Shown one piece after another: positions 9,773 through 21,592 of a stretch of 64,000 nt of DNA. Position numbers and translations under genes: made by a program. The DNA lies in assembly GCA_011390065.1 (NCBI GenBank), contig JAABTD010000002.1, forward strand, positions 21,854 through 85,853, in the 5' to 3' direction. This DNA is from Desulfobacteraceae bacterium (GTDB lineage Bacteria > Desulfobacterota > Desulfobacteria > Desulfobacterales > JAABSP01). The number at the start of each line of letters is the position of its first letter. Position 1 is the first letter of the stretch. The notes beneath the pieces were generated by a model. That model was not told the origin of the DNA and did not search any database. It saw only the letters and a program-made list of their open reading frames with translations.

Positions 9773-9895
9773 ACAACCAAGGTTGTGGAACGGTGCGGCC
9801 ATGGAGGGTCGGACGGTTGTAAACGGATTGATTCGGCGGGGGATCTGACCGGCGGGAAAGAGTACAACCGGGGTTGTGATTACAACTTACGTTGT
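9773..9895. promoter_or_regulatory. Three ACAAC-N4-GTTGT palindromes (candidate enhancer/UAS sites)
   Basis: ACAACCAAGGTTGT at 9773-9786, ACAACCGGGGTTGT at 9864-9877 and ACAACTTACGTTGT at 9882-9895. All are flanked T...G and lie 85-220 bp upstream of the -24/-12 element. Confidence 0.5.
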
Positions 9896-11341
9896 GGGGG
9901 TTCGGTCGTTCTCGGGGGCCATTTTCTTGAGCCGCTTGCTCAGGGCCTGCTGGGAAATGCCCAGCATCCGCGCGGCGATGGACTGGTTGCCGTCGGCCCG
10001 CTGCATGGCCTCGGCCACCAGAAGGGCCGTCGCCTGTTTGATGGTGGGCAGGCAACTGGAAAAGGTGATCGGGGATCCTTCCTCCGGGCCGTGGGGTAGG
10101 GAGGTCGGACCCGCGTCGGCGCCGTTGTCGCCGCCGATATGGGCCTTGAAGGCGTCCAGTGAGAGCACCCCCGACCGGTGGCGGCTGACGGCGTCGAAGA
10201 TCATCGACTGCAATTCCCGGATGTTGCCCGGAAAACTGTAGGATTTCAGCAGGGGATAAAGGGCCTCCGGCGGCGTGGGGGCCTTTTTCCCCAGGCTTTT
10301 GGCGGCCTGGTCCAGAAAATGGTCGGCCAGAAGCGGCACGTCGTCGATGCGGTCCCGGAGGGGCGGGATGTAGATCCGGTGGGTCCGGAGCCGGTAGTTG
10401 AGGTCCTTGCGGAATTTCCCCTCGGTCTGGAGCGCCGACAGGTTCTGGTTGGTGGCGGCCACGATCCGGGCGTCGGTCTTCCGGGGCGCGTCCTCTCCCA
10501 GTCGGAAGTACTCCCCTTCCTGGAGCAGCCGGAGGAGTTTCACCTGGGAGGCGTGGTTCAAATCGCCGATCTCGTCCAGGAAGAGGGTGCCGCCGGCGGC
10601 CTGTTCGATGAGCCCGTTCCGGACCCGGTCCGCCCCGGTGAAGGCCCCTCTGGCATGGCCGAAGAGGGTGTCGGAAAAGACATTGTCGTCCAGCCCGGCC
10701 GCGTTGACCGCCACAAAGTCCCCCTTGAGGCCCGACAGGGTGTGGAGGGTTCGGGCCACCAGCTCCTTGCCCACGCCGGTTTCCCCCCGGATGAGCACCG
10801 GCTGGGAGGTCCGCGCGATTGCCTCGATGTACTGGAAGAGGACCAGCATCTTTTTGTTCCGGGTGATGATCTCCCGGAAGGCTTCGGGCTTTTCCAGGCT
10901 GTCCCCCAGGATGTGCTGGCGGAGGGAGAGGTTTTCCCGCTTCAGTTCCTGGAAGGAGGCGGCCCGCTTGACGGCGGTGATGAGCCGGTCTTCCTCCACG
11001 GGTTTGACGATGTAGTCGAAGGCGCCCGATTTGATGCACCGGACCGCCGTCTCCACGTCCACCGCGCCGGTGACGATGATCACAGGGATCTCCGGAAACT
11101 CCCGGGCGACGCTGTCCAGGAGCCGTTCGCCGTGGAGGTGGGGCATGTTCAGATCCAGGAGCATGCACTCGATCATCTGGGCGGAGAGGATCTCCATGAC
11201 CCGCCGGCTGTCCTGGCAGGTGATGGTATGGTTGAACCCGGCCATCTGGAGCGTGGTGTCGATGGACAGGAGAATGTTCTCCTCGTCGTCCACGATCATG
11301 ATGGGATGGCCCGGCGTGAGCGTGATGCGCATCTTCGTCAT
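9887..11341 (-). CDS. Sigma54-dependent response regulator (NtrC family)
   Basis: 484 aa with three parts: a receiver domain (IMIVDDEENILL...DLNMP), an AAA+ sigma54-interaction domain (GETGVGKELVAR, GAFTGA, ESELFGH-like FGHARGAFTGA) and a C-terminal Fis-type HTH. ATGA overlap with the kinase gene. Confidence 0.93.
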   Translation of the reverse strand: MTKMRITLTPGHPIMIVDDEENILLSIDTTLQMAGFNHTITCQDSRRVMEILSAQMIECMLLDLNMPHLHGERLLDSVAREFPEIPVIIVTGAVDVETAVRCIKSGAFDYIVKPVEEDRLITAVKRAASFQELKRENLSLRQHILGDSLEKPEAFREIITRNKKMLVLFQYIEAIARTSQPVLIRGETGVGKELVARTLHTLSGLKGDFVAVNAAGLDDNVFSDTLFGHARGAFTGADRVRNGLIEQAAGGTLFLDEIGDLNHASQVKLLRLLQEGEYFRLGEDAPRKTDARIVAATNQNLSALQTEGKFRKDLNYRLRTHRIYIPPLRDRIDDVPLLADHFLDQAAKSLGKKAPTPPEALYPLLKSYSFPGNIRELQSMIFDAVSRHRSGVLSLDAFKAHIGGDNGADAGPTSLPHGPEEGSPITFSSCLPTIKQATALLVAEAMQRADGNQSIAARMLGISQQALSKRLKKMAPENDRTPTT

Positions 11342-12879
11342 GGGTTTTCCCGTGCCGCGGTTCGATTCCGGGGCGGCCGCGGCGGCGTCAGGGGAAAGAT
11401 CGCCCGGACGGTGGTCCCTTTGTCCGGTTCGGAGGTAAAGACCAGGCGCCCGCCGTGGTCCCCGGTGATTTTGTCCGAGATGGCCAGGCCGAGGCCGGTG
11501 CCGCCGCCGTCCCGTTTGGTGGTGAAAAAGGGATCCTTGATCCGGCCCAGGATTTCGGGGGGGATCCCGGTTCCTTCGTCCGACACTTCGATGGCCACTT
11601 CACCGGCCGCCGGGTCGAGCGAGGTCGAGACCCGGAGCCCCCGCTCCGGGTCCGGGAGGGCCTGGCAGGCGTTGACCATGAGGTTGATGACCACCTGCTC
11701 GATCCGCTGGGCGTTGCCCTTGAATCGCGGGATCGCCGGATCGTACCGGACCGCGAAATGGTGCGTCGATTTTTTGATCAGGTTGTTGACCAGCGCCGTC
11801 GCCTTCCGGAGGATATCGTTGGCGTCCACGTCGTCGGCGTGGGCGGCCGGGGCCTCCCGGGCGAAGTCCTTGAGGTCGCTGACAATGTCCCGGACCCGCC
11901 GGGTCCCGTCTCCGATGGCGGCCAGCAGTTTTGGAATCCGGTCCCGGAGGGCGGAGTAGGGCATGCCGCCCAGGGAAAAATCCCCGTTCCGGTCCCGGTG
12001 GTCGTCCAGGATCGGCAGGGCCGCGCGCCAGGCCTTGTCCAGGGTCGGGGTGTTGAGCATCACCGAGGTGATGGGGTTGTTGATTTCGTGGGCCACCCCC
12101 GACACCAGGGTCCCCAGGGAGACCATCTTGGCCGCCTGGAAAAGCTGTTTCTGGCGGCGCCGGGCCTGTTCCTCGGCCTGCTTCTTCTCCCGGGTCACGA
12201 TCATCCCCCGCCGGATGATGTAAGCCGTCAGGACCATGACCGCCAGCAGGATGGCGAAACAGGTCAGGGTCAGCCGTCGGGTCATGGCGGCGATCTCCGT
12301 CCGCACGTCCTCCACGTAGATGCCGGTGCCCACGATCCACCCCCAGGGGGCGAACCGCTTGACGTAGGAGATCTTGGGGACGATCCGGTCCGGGTCGTCC
12401 TTCCACTGCCAGGCGTAATCCACGTAGCCGGCGCCGCCCTGTTCAACCGCTTCCACGAACGCCGTGAAGATCCGTTTCCCGCTGGGATCGGCGAACCCGG
12501 AGGCGTCCTGTCCCTCCATATCGGGCCGGTAGGGATGCATGACCATGCGGGGGTGGAGGTCGTTGATCCAGAAATAATCCTTGGCCTCGGGCCCGTACCG
12601 GAGGCGGCGCAGATGGGCCGAGGCCCGGCGTTGGGCCTCCGCCCGGGTCAACTCCCCGGTCGCCGCCCGGTCCGCATAAAACGCCAGGGTGGACCAGGCC
12701 GTCTCCGTCAGTTCCCGGATCATCTCCCGTTTGCCCTCCATCAGCCGGTTTTCCACCGCCGGGATGATCAGGAGAAAAATGGTCGAAACGAAAAGCAGCA
12801 CCGTCGCCACGGCGGGGAGGATGATCCGGACGGGCAACGCCTTGAGCGACAGGTGCAGGTTGCCGATGGGCGATGGCAT
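11338..12879 (-). CDS. Sensor histidine kinase with periplasmic Cache domain
   Basis: 513 aa. Order is TM, Cache-like segment (YFWINDLHPRMVMHPY ... GAGYVDYAWQWKD ... WGWIVGTGIYV), TM, HisKA H-box (VSGVAHEINNP) and HATPase_c (GTGLGLAIS). Confidence 0.9.
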   Translation of the reverse strand: MPSPIGNLHLSLKALPVRIILPAVATVLLFVSTIFLLIIPAVENRLMEGKREMIRELTETAWSTLAFYADRAATGELTRAEAQRRASAHLRRLRYGPEAKDYFWINDLHPRMVMHPYRPDMEGQDASGFADPSGKRIFTAFVEAVEQGGAGYVDYAWQWKDDPDRIVPKISYVKRFAPWGWIVGTGIYVEDVRTEIAAMTRRLTLTCFAILLAVMVLTAYIIRRGMIVTREKKQAEEQARRRQKQLFQAAKMVSLGTLVSGVAHEINNPITSVMLNTPTLDKAWRAALPILDDHRDRNGDFSLGGMPYSALRDRIPKLLAAIGDGTRRVRDIVSDLKDFAREAPAAHADDVDANDILRKATALVNNLIKKSTHHFAVRYDPAIPRFKGNAQRIEQVVINLMVNACQALPDPERGLRVSTSLDPAAGEVAIEVSDEGTGIPPEILGRIKDPFFTTKRDGGGTGLGLAISDKITGDHGGRLVFTSEPDKGTTVRAIFPLTPPRPPRNRTAARENP

Positions 12880-12913
12880 GGGCTGGCCCTGTTGAGGTTG
12901 AGCGACGGGTCTC

Positions 12914-14035
12914 TTAAATCTTCACCAACTCATATTCCCGGCTTCCCAGCCCCAGCTTTTCCGCATAATCGAGCTGGATGGGCCAGTCCACCTTGGGGTA
13001 GATGGATTTGAATTTGTCCGATCCGGCCTCCCGGTTTTCCTCCATGCAGCAAGCGGACAGGGCCGGTTCGGCGTTGATCATGTCGACGGACGCCTGGTCG
13101 ATGGCCACCGGGTCCCGGGACGCGAGGATGCCGATGTCCCGGACGATGGGCGCGTCGTTGGCCGGCACGCAGTCGCAGGCCGGGGAGACGTTGGTGATGA
13201 AATTGATGTAAAGGGTCTTGTTCTCCTTGTTCTTGAGCACCGCCGCGGTGTATTCCACCATCTTCTCCATGAAATCCGGAATGGAGGTGGCCCACTGGGG
13301 GTTGATGGCCCCCTGGGGACAGATGAGGATGCACTCGCCGCAACCGATGCAGGCATCGGGATCGATGTGGGCCTTGTACTTTTTTTCATCCACCTTTTCC
13401 AGGGAGATGGCGGACTGGGAACAGTGGGGAAGGCAGTCGCCGCAGCCGATGCATTTTTTTCGCGTGACCTTGGGTGAAACCCCGGAGTGCTGAACCAGCT
13501 TCCCCCGGCGGGAGGCGCACCCCATGCCCAGGTTTTTGATGGTTCCCCCGAATCCCGAGAGTTCGTGACCTTTGAAATGGGCAACGGAGATCAGGGCGTC
13601 GGCTTCCACGATCTCTGTGCCGATGTAGGCGGTTTCGATGTGTTTGCCCTCGACGGGGACGGCCTTTTCTGATTTGCCCCGCAACCCGTCGGCGATGACC
13701 AGGGGCGCATCCACCACGGCATAAGCAAAGCCGTTCTGGATGGCGGTGGTCAAATGGCTGGGGGTGTCGCCCCGGGTCCCCGCGTAAAGGGTGTTGGCGT
13801 CGGTCAGAAAGGGCTTGCCGCCCAGGGTCTTGATGGTTTCCACGACCTTGCGAAGGTAGATGGGCCGGATAAAGGCGGCGTTGCCCAACTCACCGAAGTG
13901 GAGTTTGACGGCCACCAGGTCCCGTTTTTTAAAGGTGTCGGAGATGCCGGCGGTTTCCATCAGCCGGCCGAGCTTGGCGATCAGACTTTCCTTGGGCGTG
14001 GCCCGAAGATCCATGAAGTAGACGGTGTTTTTCAA
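12914..14035 (-). CDS. DUF362 domain protein with two 4Fe-4S ferredoxin motifs
   Basis: 373 aa with CIGCGDCLPHC and CIGCGECILICP. TTG start with AGGAGG 5 nt upstream. Only 34 nt separate it from the kinase gene. Confidence 0.8.
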   Translation of the reverse strand: MKNTVYFMDLRATPKESLIAKLGRLMETAGISDTFKKRDLVAVKLHFGELGNAAFIRPIYLRKVVETIKTLGGKPFLTDANTLYAGTRGDTPSHLTTAIQNGFAYAVVDAPLVIADGLRGKSEKAVPVEGKHIETAYIGTEIVEADALISVAHFKGHELSGFGGTIKNLGMGCASRRGKLVQHSGVSPKVTRKKCIGCGDCLPHCSQSAISLEKVDEKKYKAHIDPDACIGCGECILICPQGAINPQWATSIPDFMEKMVEYTAAVLKNKENKTLYINFITNVSPACDCVPANDAPIVRDIGILASRDPVAIDQASVDMINAEPALSACCMEENREAGSDKFKSIYPKVDWPIQLDYAEKLGLGSREYELVKI

Positions 14036-14155
14036 AATGCCCTCCTGAGTGGGTGAAGGATTGGCGTCAAAATAAAAAACCTACGGGGAGGCGGTGTTTT
14101 TGTCAAGCGCTAAAACCCCGCCGATTCAGTGCGCCGTCGACCGGGAAACCCTTTC

Positions 14156-14183
14156 TTGACGCCCCTGAGGCCGGCCTGATAAT
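14156..14183 (+). promoter_or_regulatory. Candidate sigma70 promoter for the small ORF / trmO
   Basis: TTGACG (14156-14161), a 16-nt spacer and GATAAT (14178-14183), followed by AAGGA and the ATG at 14196. Confidence 0.35.
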
Positions 14184-14195
14184 AAGGATGTCGAT

Positions 14196-14426
14196 ATGAA
14201 AAACGAAATGCTGGATGCCTCCTTTATCCCCGACCCGGATTACGCCGCCTTTCTCGCCGAACGGCGCGGCCGCCTCCATTCGGTCTATTTCAGCTTTTTC
14301 ACCAAGGGGGCGCCCGACGGCCGCCATCGGTTCCAAAACCTCGACGTCCGGCGGCTGGCCGATTTGTTGAAAGGCGTCGCGGGGTGGACGCGCCGTCGCG
14401 GGGATCAAAGATTTCAGGAGAGATAG
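14196..14426 (+). CDS. 76-aa ORF translationally abutting trmO (hypothetical; possibly a remnant of a larger gene)
   Basis: It has its own promoter-like element and SD, and its stop TAG is immediately followed by the trmO ATG. The weak resemblance of LHSVYFSFF...PDGRHRF to U32-peptidase N-termini is from memory only. Confidence 0.3.
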   Translation: MKNEMLDASFIPDPDYAAFLAERRGRLHSVYFSFFTKGAPDGRHRFQNLDVRRLADLLKGVAGWTRRRGDQRFQER

Positions 14427-14918
14427 ATGATTGAAACGATAGAATACCGGCCCATCGGCGTGGTCCATTCCCCCTTCAAAACCCCCGAGGGCGCGCCCAT
14501 CCAGCCCCCCGGCGGCGAGGATGCCGAGGCAACCGTGGAGATTTACCCCGATTACGCCGAAGGGTTGACGGATCTGGACGGATTTTCCCACATCATCCTG
14601 CTCTACCACTGCCACCGGGCCGGGACCCCGTCCCTGATGGTGACGCCGTTTCTGGACAACGTCCCCCACGGCCTTTTCGCCACCCGGGCGCCGTCCCGCC
14701 CCAACCCCATCGGCCTGTCCATCGTCCGGTTGACCGGGGCGGCCGACGGAATCCTCTATATAAAGGAGGTGGACATCCTGGACGGGGCGCCGGTCCTGGA
14801 CGTCAAGCCCTATGTTCCCGCCTTCGATCTTCGGGAATCGGCCCGCATCGGCTGGATGGCGGAGAGGACCGAAAAGATGGCCGCGACCCGGGACGACGGA
14901 CGGTTCGCCGGCGAGTGA
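14427..14918 (+). CDS. trmO: tRNA (t6A37-N6)-methyltransferase TrmO / TsaA-like
   Basis: 163 aa. Typical opening YRPIGVVHSPFKTPEGAPIQP, then FSHIILLYHCH, RPNPIGLSIVRL and DILDGAPVLDVKPY. Confidence 0.85.
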   Translation: MIETIEYRPIGVVHSPFKTPEGAPIQPPGGEDAEATVEIYPDYAEGLTDLDGFSHIILLYHCHRAGTPSLMVTPFLDNVPHGLFATRAPSRPNPIGLSIVRLTGAADGILYIKEVDILDGAPVLDVKPYVPAFDLRESARIGWMAERTEKMAATRDDGRFAGE

Positions 14919-14933
14919 CCGGCTCTTAGGCTC

Positions 14934-15338
14934 TTATTTCTTTCCTCCTTTTTTGAGCCCCTTTTCGATCTCGGCGAAGAGGTCTTTTTTCCGCTGTTCT
15001 TTTTGGGACGCCAGGGTCTCGATCTTCCGGGCGAACCCCTGGCGCTCGCGCCGGAACTTTTCGATCTCCGACTCCAGGGTCTCCCCCTGCCGCTGACGGG
15101 GAATCTCCTCGATGGCCAGGTGATCCTTGATGAAGACCCGGTTGCCGTAGGCGCCCTCGGTGATCTCCAGCACGCCGGCGTCCGAAAGTTTTTTGGCCAG
15201 GAGTCGGCCGCGTTCCGGGGCGAAAGAGAGTTTATCGCATACGGCCTCCAGGGAAGGCTGCGCGCCGGTCTGATGGGCCAGCACCCGGATGGCCGCCGCG
15301 ACCAGATGGGCCTCGGTATACGGATCGATTTGGGTCAT
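14934..15338 (-). CDS. Hypothetical protein with C-terminal coiled-coil
   Basis: The ORF track extends to a TTG at 15419. The ATG at 15338 (MTQIDPY) has AGAGAGG upstream. No recognisable motif. Confidence 0.45.
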   Translation of the reverse strand: MTQIDPYTEAHLVAAAIRVLAHQTGAQPSLEAVCDKLSFAPERGRLLAKKLSDAGVLEITEGAYGNRVFIKDHLAIEEIPRQRQGETLESEIEKFRRERQGFARKIETLASQKEQRKKDLFAEIEKGLKKGGKK

Positions 15339-15486
15339 AAAGAAAACCTCTCTTTCCCCGCCGGAACGCGGTTTGTGGATTGAAATCCGGACATCCTCGA
15401 TCTTGACATCCTGAGCCAAGCAGAGTAACTAGAGAACCTTTTGTTGTCAAGCATGGGTCCCGAAGGACTTGGGGATGGAACCTTAA

Positions 15487-16785
<1,299 letters not shown>

Positions 16786-16806
16786 TCCGCGATCCGATCA
16801 TCATGA

Positions 16807-18501
<1,695 letters not shown>

Positions 18502-18566
18502 GGTCGGCGGCGCCGCCGAAGCCCGGCGGATCCCGGCGTAAGGGATGGAAAAAAACGGGTTTATTC

Positions 18567-18595
18567 TTGACAAAAACCGCCATACCTCCTATACC
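18567..18595 (+). promoter_or_regulatory. Candidate sigma70 promoter for dsrA
   Basis: TTGACA (18567-18572), a 17-nt spacer and TATACC (18590-18595). This implies a leader of about 155 nt before the dsrA ATG. Confidence 0.4.
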
Positions 18596-18756
18596 TGCTT
18601 CTTTAAAAACCGTAATTGTACTAAGGAATCGGCATATATCGTTTCAGTTCTCAGGCGAGAGGAGGTGACAGGAACCCACGTTTCAGGGACGGCAACGCAG
18701 CGATGCAGTTCTAAACAGGAAGGACAATCATTTCAGAGAATGGAGGTAAAGAGACA

Positions 18757-20067
18757 ATGAAGCATGAAACCCCTATGTTGGATCAGCTTGAAACTGGTCC
18801 ATGGCCGAGTTTCGTTTCCGACATCAAGCAGGAGGCCGCAGCCAGGGCAAAGAACGAGAACAACATTGAGTACCAGATCCCGGTGGATGTCTGCGATGAC
18901 CTTCTGGGCATCCTGGAGCTTTCTTTCAAACACGGCCGGACCCACTGGAAGCACGGCGGCATCGTGGGCGTCTTCGGTTACGGCGGCGGCGTTATCGGCC
19001 GTTACTGCGATCAGCCGGAGCAGTTTTCGGGCGTGGCTCATTTCCACACCATGCGGGTCTCCCAGCCGGCCGGCAAATTCTACAGCACCGATTACCTGAA
19101 CAAGATCTGCGACCTCTGGGATCGCCGGGGCAGCGGCATCACCAATATGCACGGCTCCACCGGCGACATTATTTTTCTGGGCACCACCACCAAGCAGCTG
19201 GAAGAGGTCTTTTTCGAGCTGACCCACAATTTGAATCAGGACCTGGGCGGCTCCGGCTCCAACCTCCGGACCCCTGCGGACTGCATCGGCCAGGCCCGGT
19301 GCGAATACGCCTGCTTCGACACCCAGCACCTGTGCCACACCCTGACCAACGAGTACCAGGACGAACTCCATCGGCCGGCTTTCCCCTACAAGTTCAAGTT
19401 CAAATTCGATGGCTGCCCCAACTGTTGCGTGGCCTCCATCGCCCGGGCCGACATGTCCTTCATCGGTACATGGAAAGACGACATCCGCATCGATCAGGAA
19501 GCGGTGCAGGCCTACATCGGCGGCGAGTTGAAGCCCAACGGCAACGCCCACGCCGGCCGGGACTGGGGCGCTTTCGACATTCAGAAAGAGGTCATCGGCC
19601 TGTGCCCGACCCAGTGCATGTGGATGGACGGCAAGGAATTGAAGATCGACAACAGGGAATGCACCCGGTGCATGCACTGCATCAACGTCATGCCGCGGGC
19701 CCTGCGCATTGGCCAGGAAACCGGCCTCTCCATCCTGGTGGGCGCCAAGGCCCCCATCCTGGACGGGGCGCAGATGGGCAGCATGCTGGTCCCCTTCATC
19801 AAAGCGGAAGAACCCTACGACGAGATCAAAGAGGTTATCGAAAGCATTTGGGACTGGTGGATGGAAGAAGGCAAGAACCGCGAACGCCTGGGCGAACTCA
19901 TGAAGCGCCAGGGCTTCCAGAAGATGCTTGAAATGACCGGCCAGAAACCCGATCCGCGGATGGTCCAGGAACCCCGTCACAACCCCTACATCTTCTGGAA
20001 AGAGGAAGAGGTCGAGGGCGGCTTCGAGCGCGACATCAACGAGTTCAGAAAACACCACCAGAGATAG
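18757..20067 (+). CDS. dsrA: Dissimilatory sulfite reductase alpha subunit
   Basis: 436 aa. DsrA-typical opening TPMLDQLETGPWPSFV, siroheme/Fe-S cysteine clusters and the ferredoxin insert (CTRCMHCINVMP). Confidence 0.97.
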   Translation: MKHETPMLDQLETGPWPSFVSDIKQEAAARAKNENNIEYQIPVDVCDDLLGILELSFKHGRTHWKHGGIVGVFGYGGGVIGRYCDQPEQFSGVAHFHTMRVSQPAGKFYSTDYLNKICDLWDRRGSGITNMHGSTGDIIFLGTTTKQLEEVFFELTHNLNQDLGGSGSNLRTPADCIGQARCEYACFDTQHLCHTLTNEYQDELHRPAFPYKFKFKFDGCPNCCVASIARADMSFIGTWKDDIRIDQEAVQAYIGGELKPNGNAHAGRDWGAFDIQKEVIGLCPTQCMWMDGKELKIDNRECTRCMHCINVMPRALRIGQETGLSILVGAKAPILDGAQMGSMLVPFIKAEEPYDEIKEVIESIWDWWMEEGKNRERLGELMKRQGFQKMLEMTGQKPDPRMVQEPRHNPYIFWKEEEVEGGFERDINEFRKHHQR

Positions 20068-20082
20068 GAGGGAGGACATACC

Positions 20083-21231
20083 ATGGCATTTATTTCTTCA
20101 GGATATAATCCCGATAAACCGATGGAGAACCGGATCACCGACATCGGTCCGAGGAACTACGAAGAATTCTATCCGCCGATCGTCAAGGCCAACAAGGGCA
20201 AATGGCTGTATCATGAAATCCTGGAACCCGGCGTTCTGGTCCATGTGGCCGAGTCCGGCGACGAATGCTACACGGTCCGCGTGGGCGGCGCCCGGCTCAT
20301 GAGCGTCACCCATATCCGCGAGATTTGCGAGATCGCCGACAAACACTGCGGCGGCTACCTCCGGTTCACCACCCGGAACAACATCGAGTTCATGGTGGAC
20401 GACAAGTCCAAGCTGGAGCCCCTGAAGAAGGATCTGGAAAGCCGGAAGTTCGACGGCGGCTCTTTCAAATTTCCGGTGGGCGGCACCGGCGCCGGCGTGA
20501 CCAACATCGTCCACACCCAGGGCTGGATCCATTGCCACACCCCGGCCACCGACGCTTCCGGACCGGTCAAGGCCACCATGGACGTGCTCTTCGACGATTT
20601 CCAGAACATGCGTCTGCCGGCCCAGCTCCGGGTCTCCCTGGCCTGCTGCCTCAACATGTGCGGCGCGGTCCACTGCTCCGACATCGCCATCCTGGGCTAC
20701 CATCGCAAGCCCCCGATGCTCGACCATGAGTATCTGGACAAAATGTGCGAGATCCCCCTGGCGGTCGCCGCCTGCCCCACCGCGGCCATCCGGCCGACCA
20801 AGGTGGAGCTGCCCGACGGCAAGAAGGTCAACAGCGTGGCCGTTAAAAACGAACGCTGCATGTTCTGCGGCAACTGCTACACCATGTGCCCGGCCATGCC
20901 CCTGGCCGACAAAGAGGGCGACGGCATCGTGCTCATGGTCGGCGGCAAGGTCTCCAACCGGATCAGCCCGCCCAAGTTTTCCAAGGTCGTGGTGGCGTTC
21001 ATCCCCAACGAGCCCCCGCGGTGGCCCAAGACCACCGATACCATCAAGAAGATCGTCGAAGCCTACTCCAAGGGCGCCAACAAGTATGAGCGCGTCGGCG
21101 ACTGGGCCGAGCGGATCAGCTGGGAACGGTTCTTCGAGGTCTGCGACCTCGAGTTCACCCACCACCTGATCGACGACTTCCGCGATCCCGCCTACTACAC
21201 ATGGCGGCAGACCTCGCAGTTCAAGTTCTAG
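20083..21231 (+). CDS. dsrB: Dissimilatory sulfite reductase beta subunit
   Basis: 382 aa with the DsrB opening [37 protein letters not shown] and Cys clusters [11 protein letters not shown] / [12 protein letters not shown]. It follows dsrA after 15 nt. Confidence 0.97.
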   Translation: MAFISSGYNPDKPMENRITDIGPRNYEEFYPPIVKANKGKWLYHEILEPGVLVHVAESGDECYTVRVGGARLMSVTHIREICEIADKHCGGYLRFTTRNNIEFMVDDKSKLEPLKKDLESRKFDGGSFKFPVGGTGAGVTNIVHTQGWIHCHTPATDASGPVKATMDVLFDDFQNMRLPAQLRVSLACCLNMCGAVHCSDIAILGYHRKPPMLDHEYLDKMCEIPLAVAACPTAAIRPTKVELPDGKKVNSVAVKNERCMFCGNCYTMCPAMPLADKEGDGIVLMVGGKVSNRISPPKFSKVVVAFIPNEPPRWPKTTDTIKKIVEAYSKGANKYERVGDWAERISWERFFEVCDLEFTHHLIDDFRDPAYYTWRQTSQFKF

Positions 21232-21326
21232 CGGCATGGATCGGATATGATCCGACAAACCGGCGGGGAACTTGCTCACAGGGCGCGTTCCCTGCCGCTT
21301 TTTACGACGAAGGGAGCGTAATCAAC

Positions 21327-21566
21327 ATGGAATACGAAGAGGCAAAACAGAAGGTCATCGACGAGTTGACCAAAAAGCAGAAGTCCAAGTCGAAATTCTA
21401 TTTCAATGACTTGTCCAAGATCCTGGAGATGAAGCCGCGGGAAGCCAAAAAGATCGTGAACAAGCTGGTTACAGACGGCGTTCTGGAGTACTGGTCCTCG
21501 GGTTCCACTTCCATGTACGGCCTCAAAGGCACCGGGAAACAGGCCGGGGCGGAGCACGAAGGATAA
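21327..21566 (+). CDS. dsrD: DsrD
   Basis: 79 aa from the internal ATG at 21327, with GAAGGGAG upstream. The DsrD hallmark is KFYFNDL ... YWSSGSTSMYGLKG (winged helix). Confidence 0.9.
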   Translation: MEYEEAKQKVIDELTKKQKSKSKFYFNDLSKILEMKPREAKKIVNKLVTDGVLEYWSSGSTSMYGLKGTGKQAGAEHEG

Positions 21567-21592
21567 ACAACCATACCGGCTGAATCGATCAA

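Noticed and set aside
9672-11168. 498-aa ORF on the same strand as the sigma54 activator but in another frame.
   Set aside because: The sequence is Pro/Arg/Gly-rich with no domains. The alternative frame (9887..11341) has complete receiver, AAA+ and HTH motifs.
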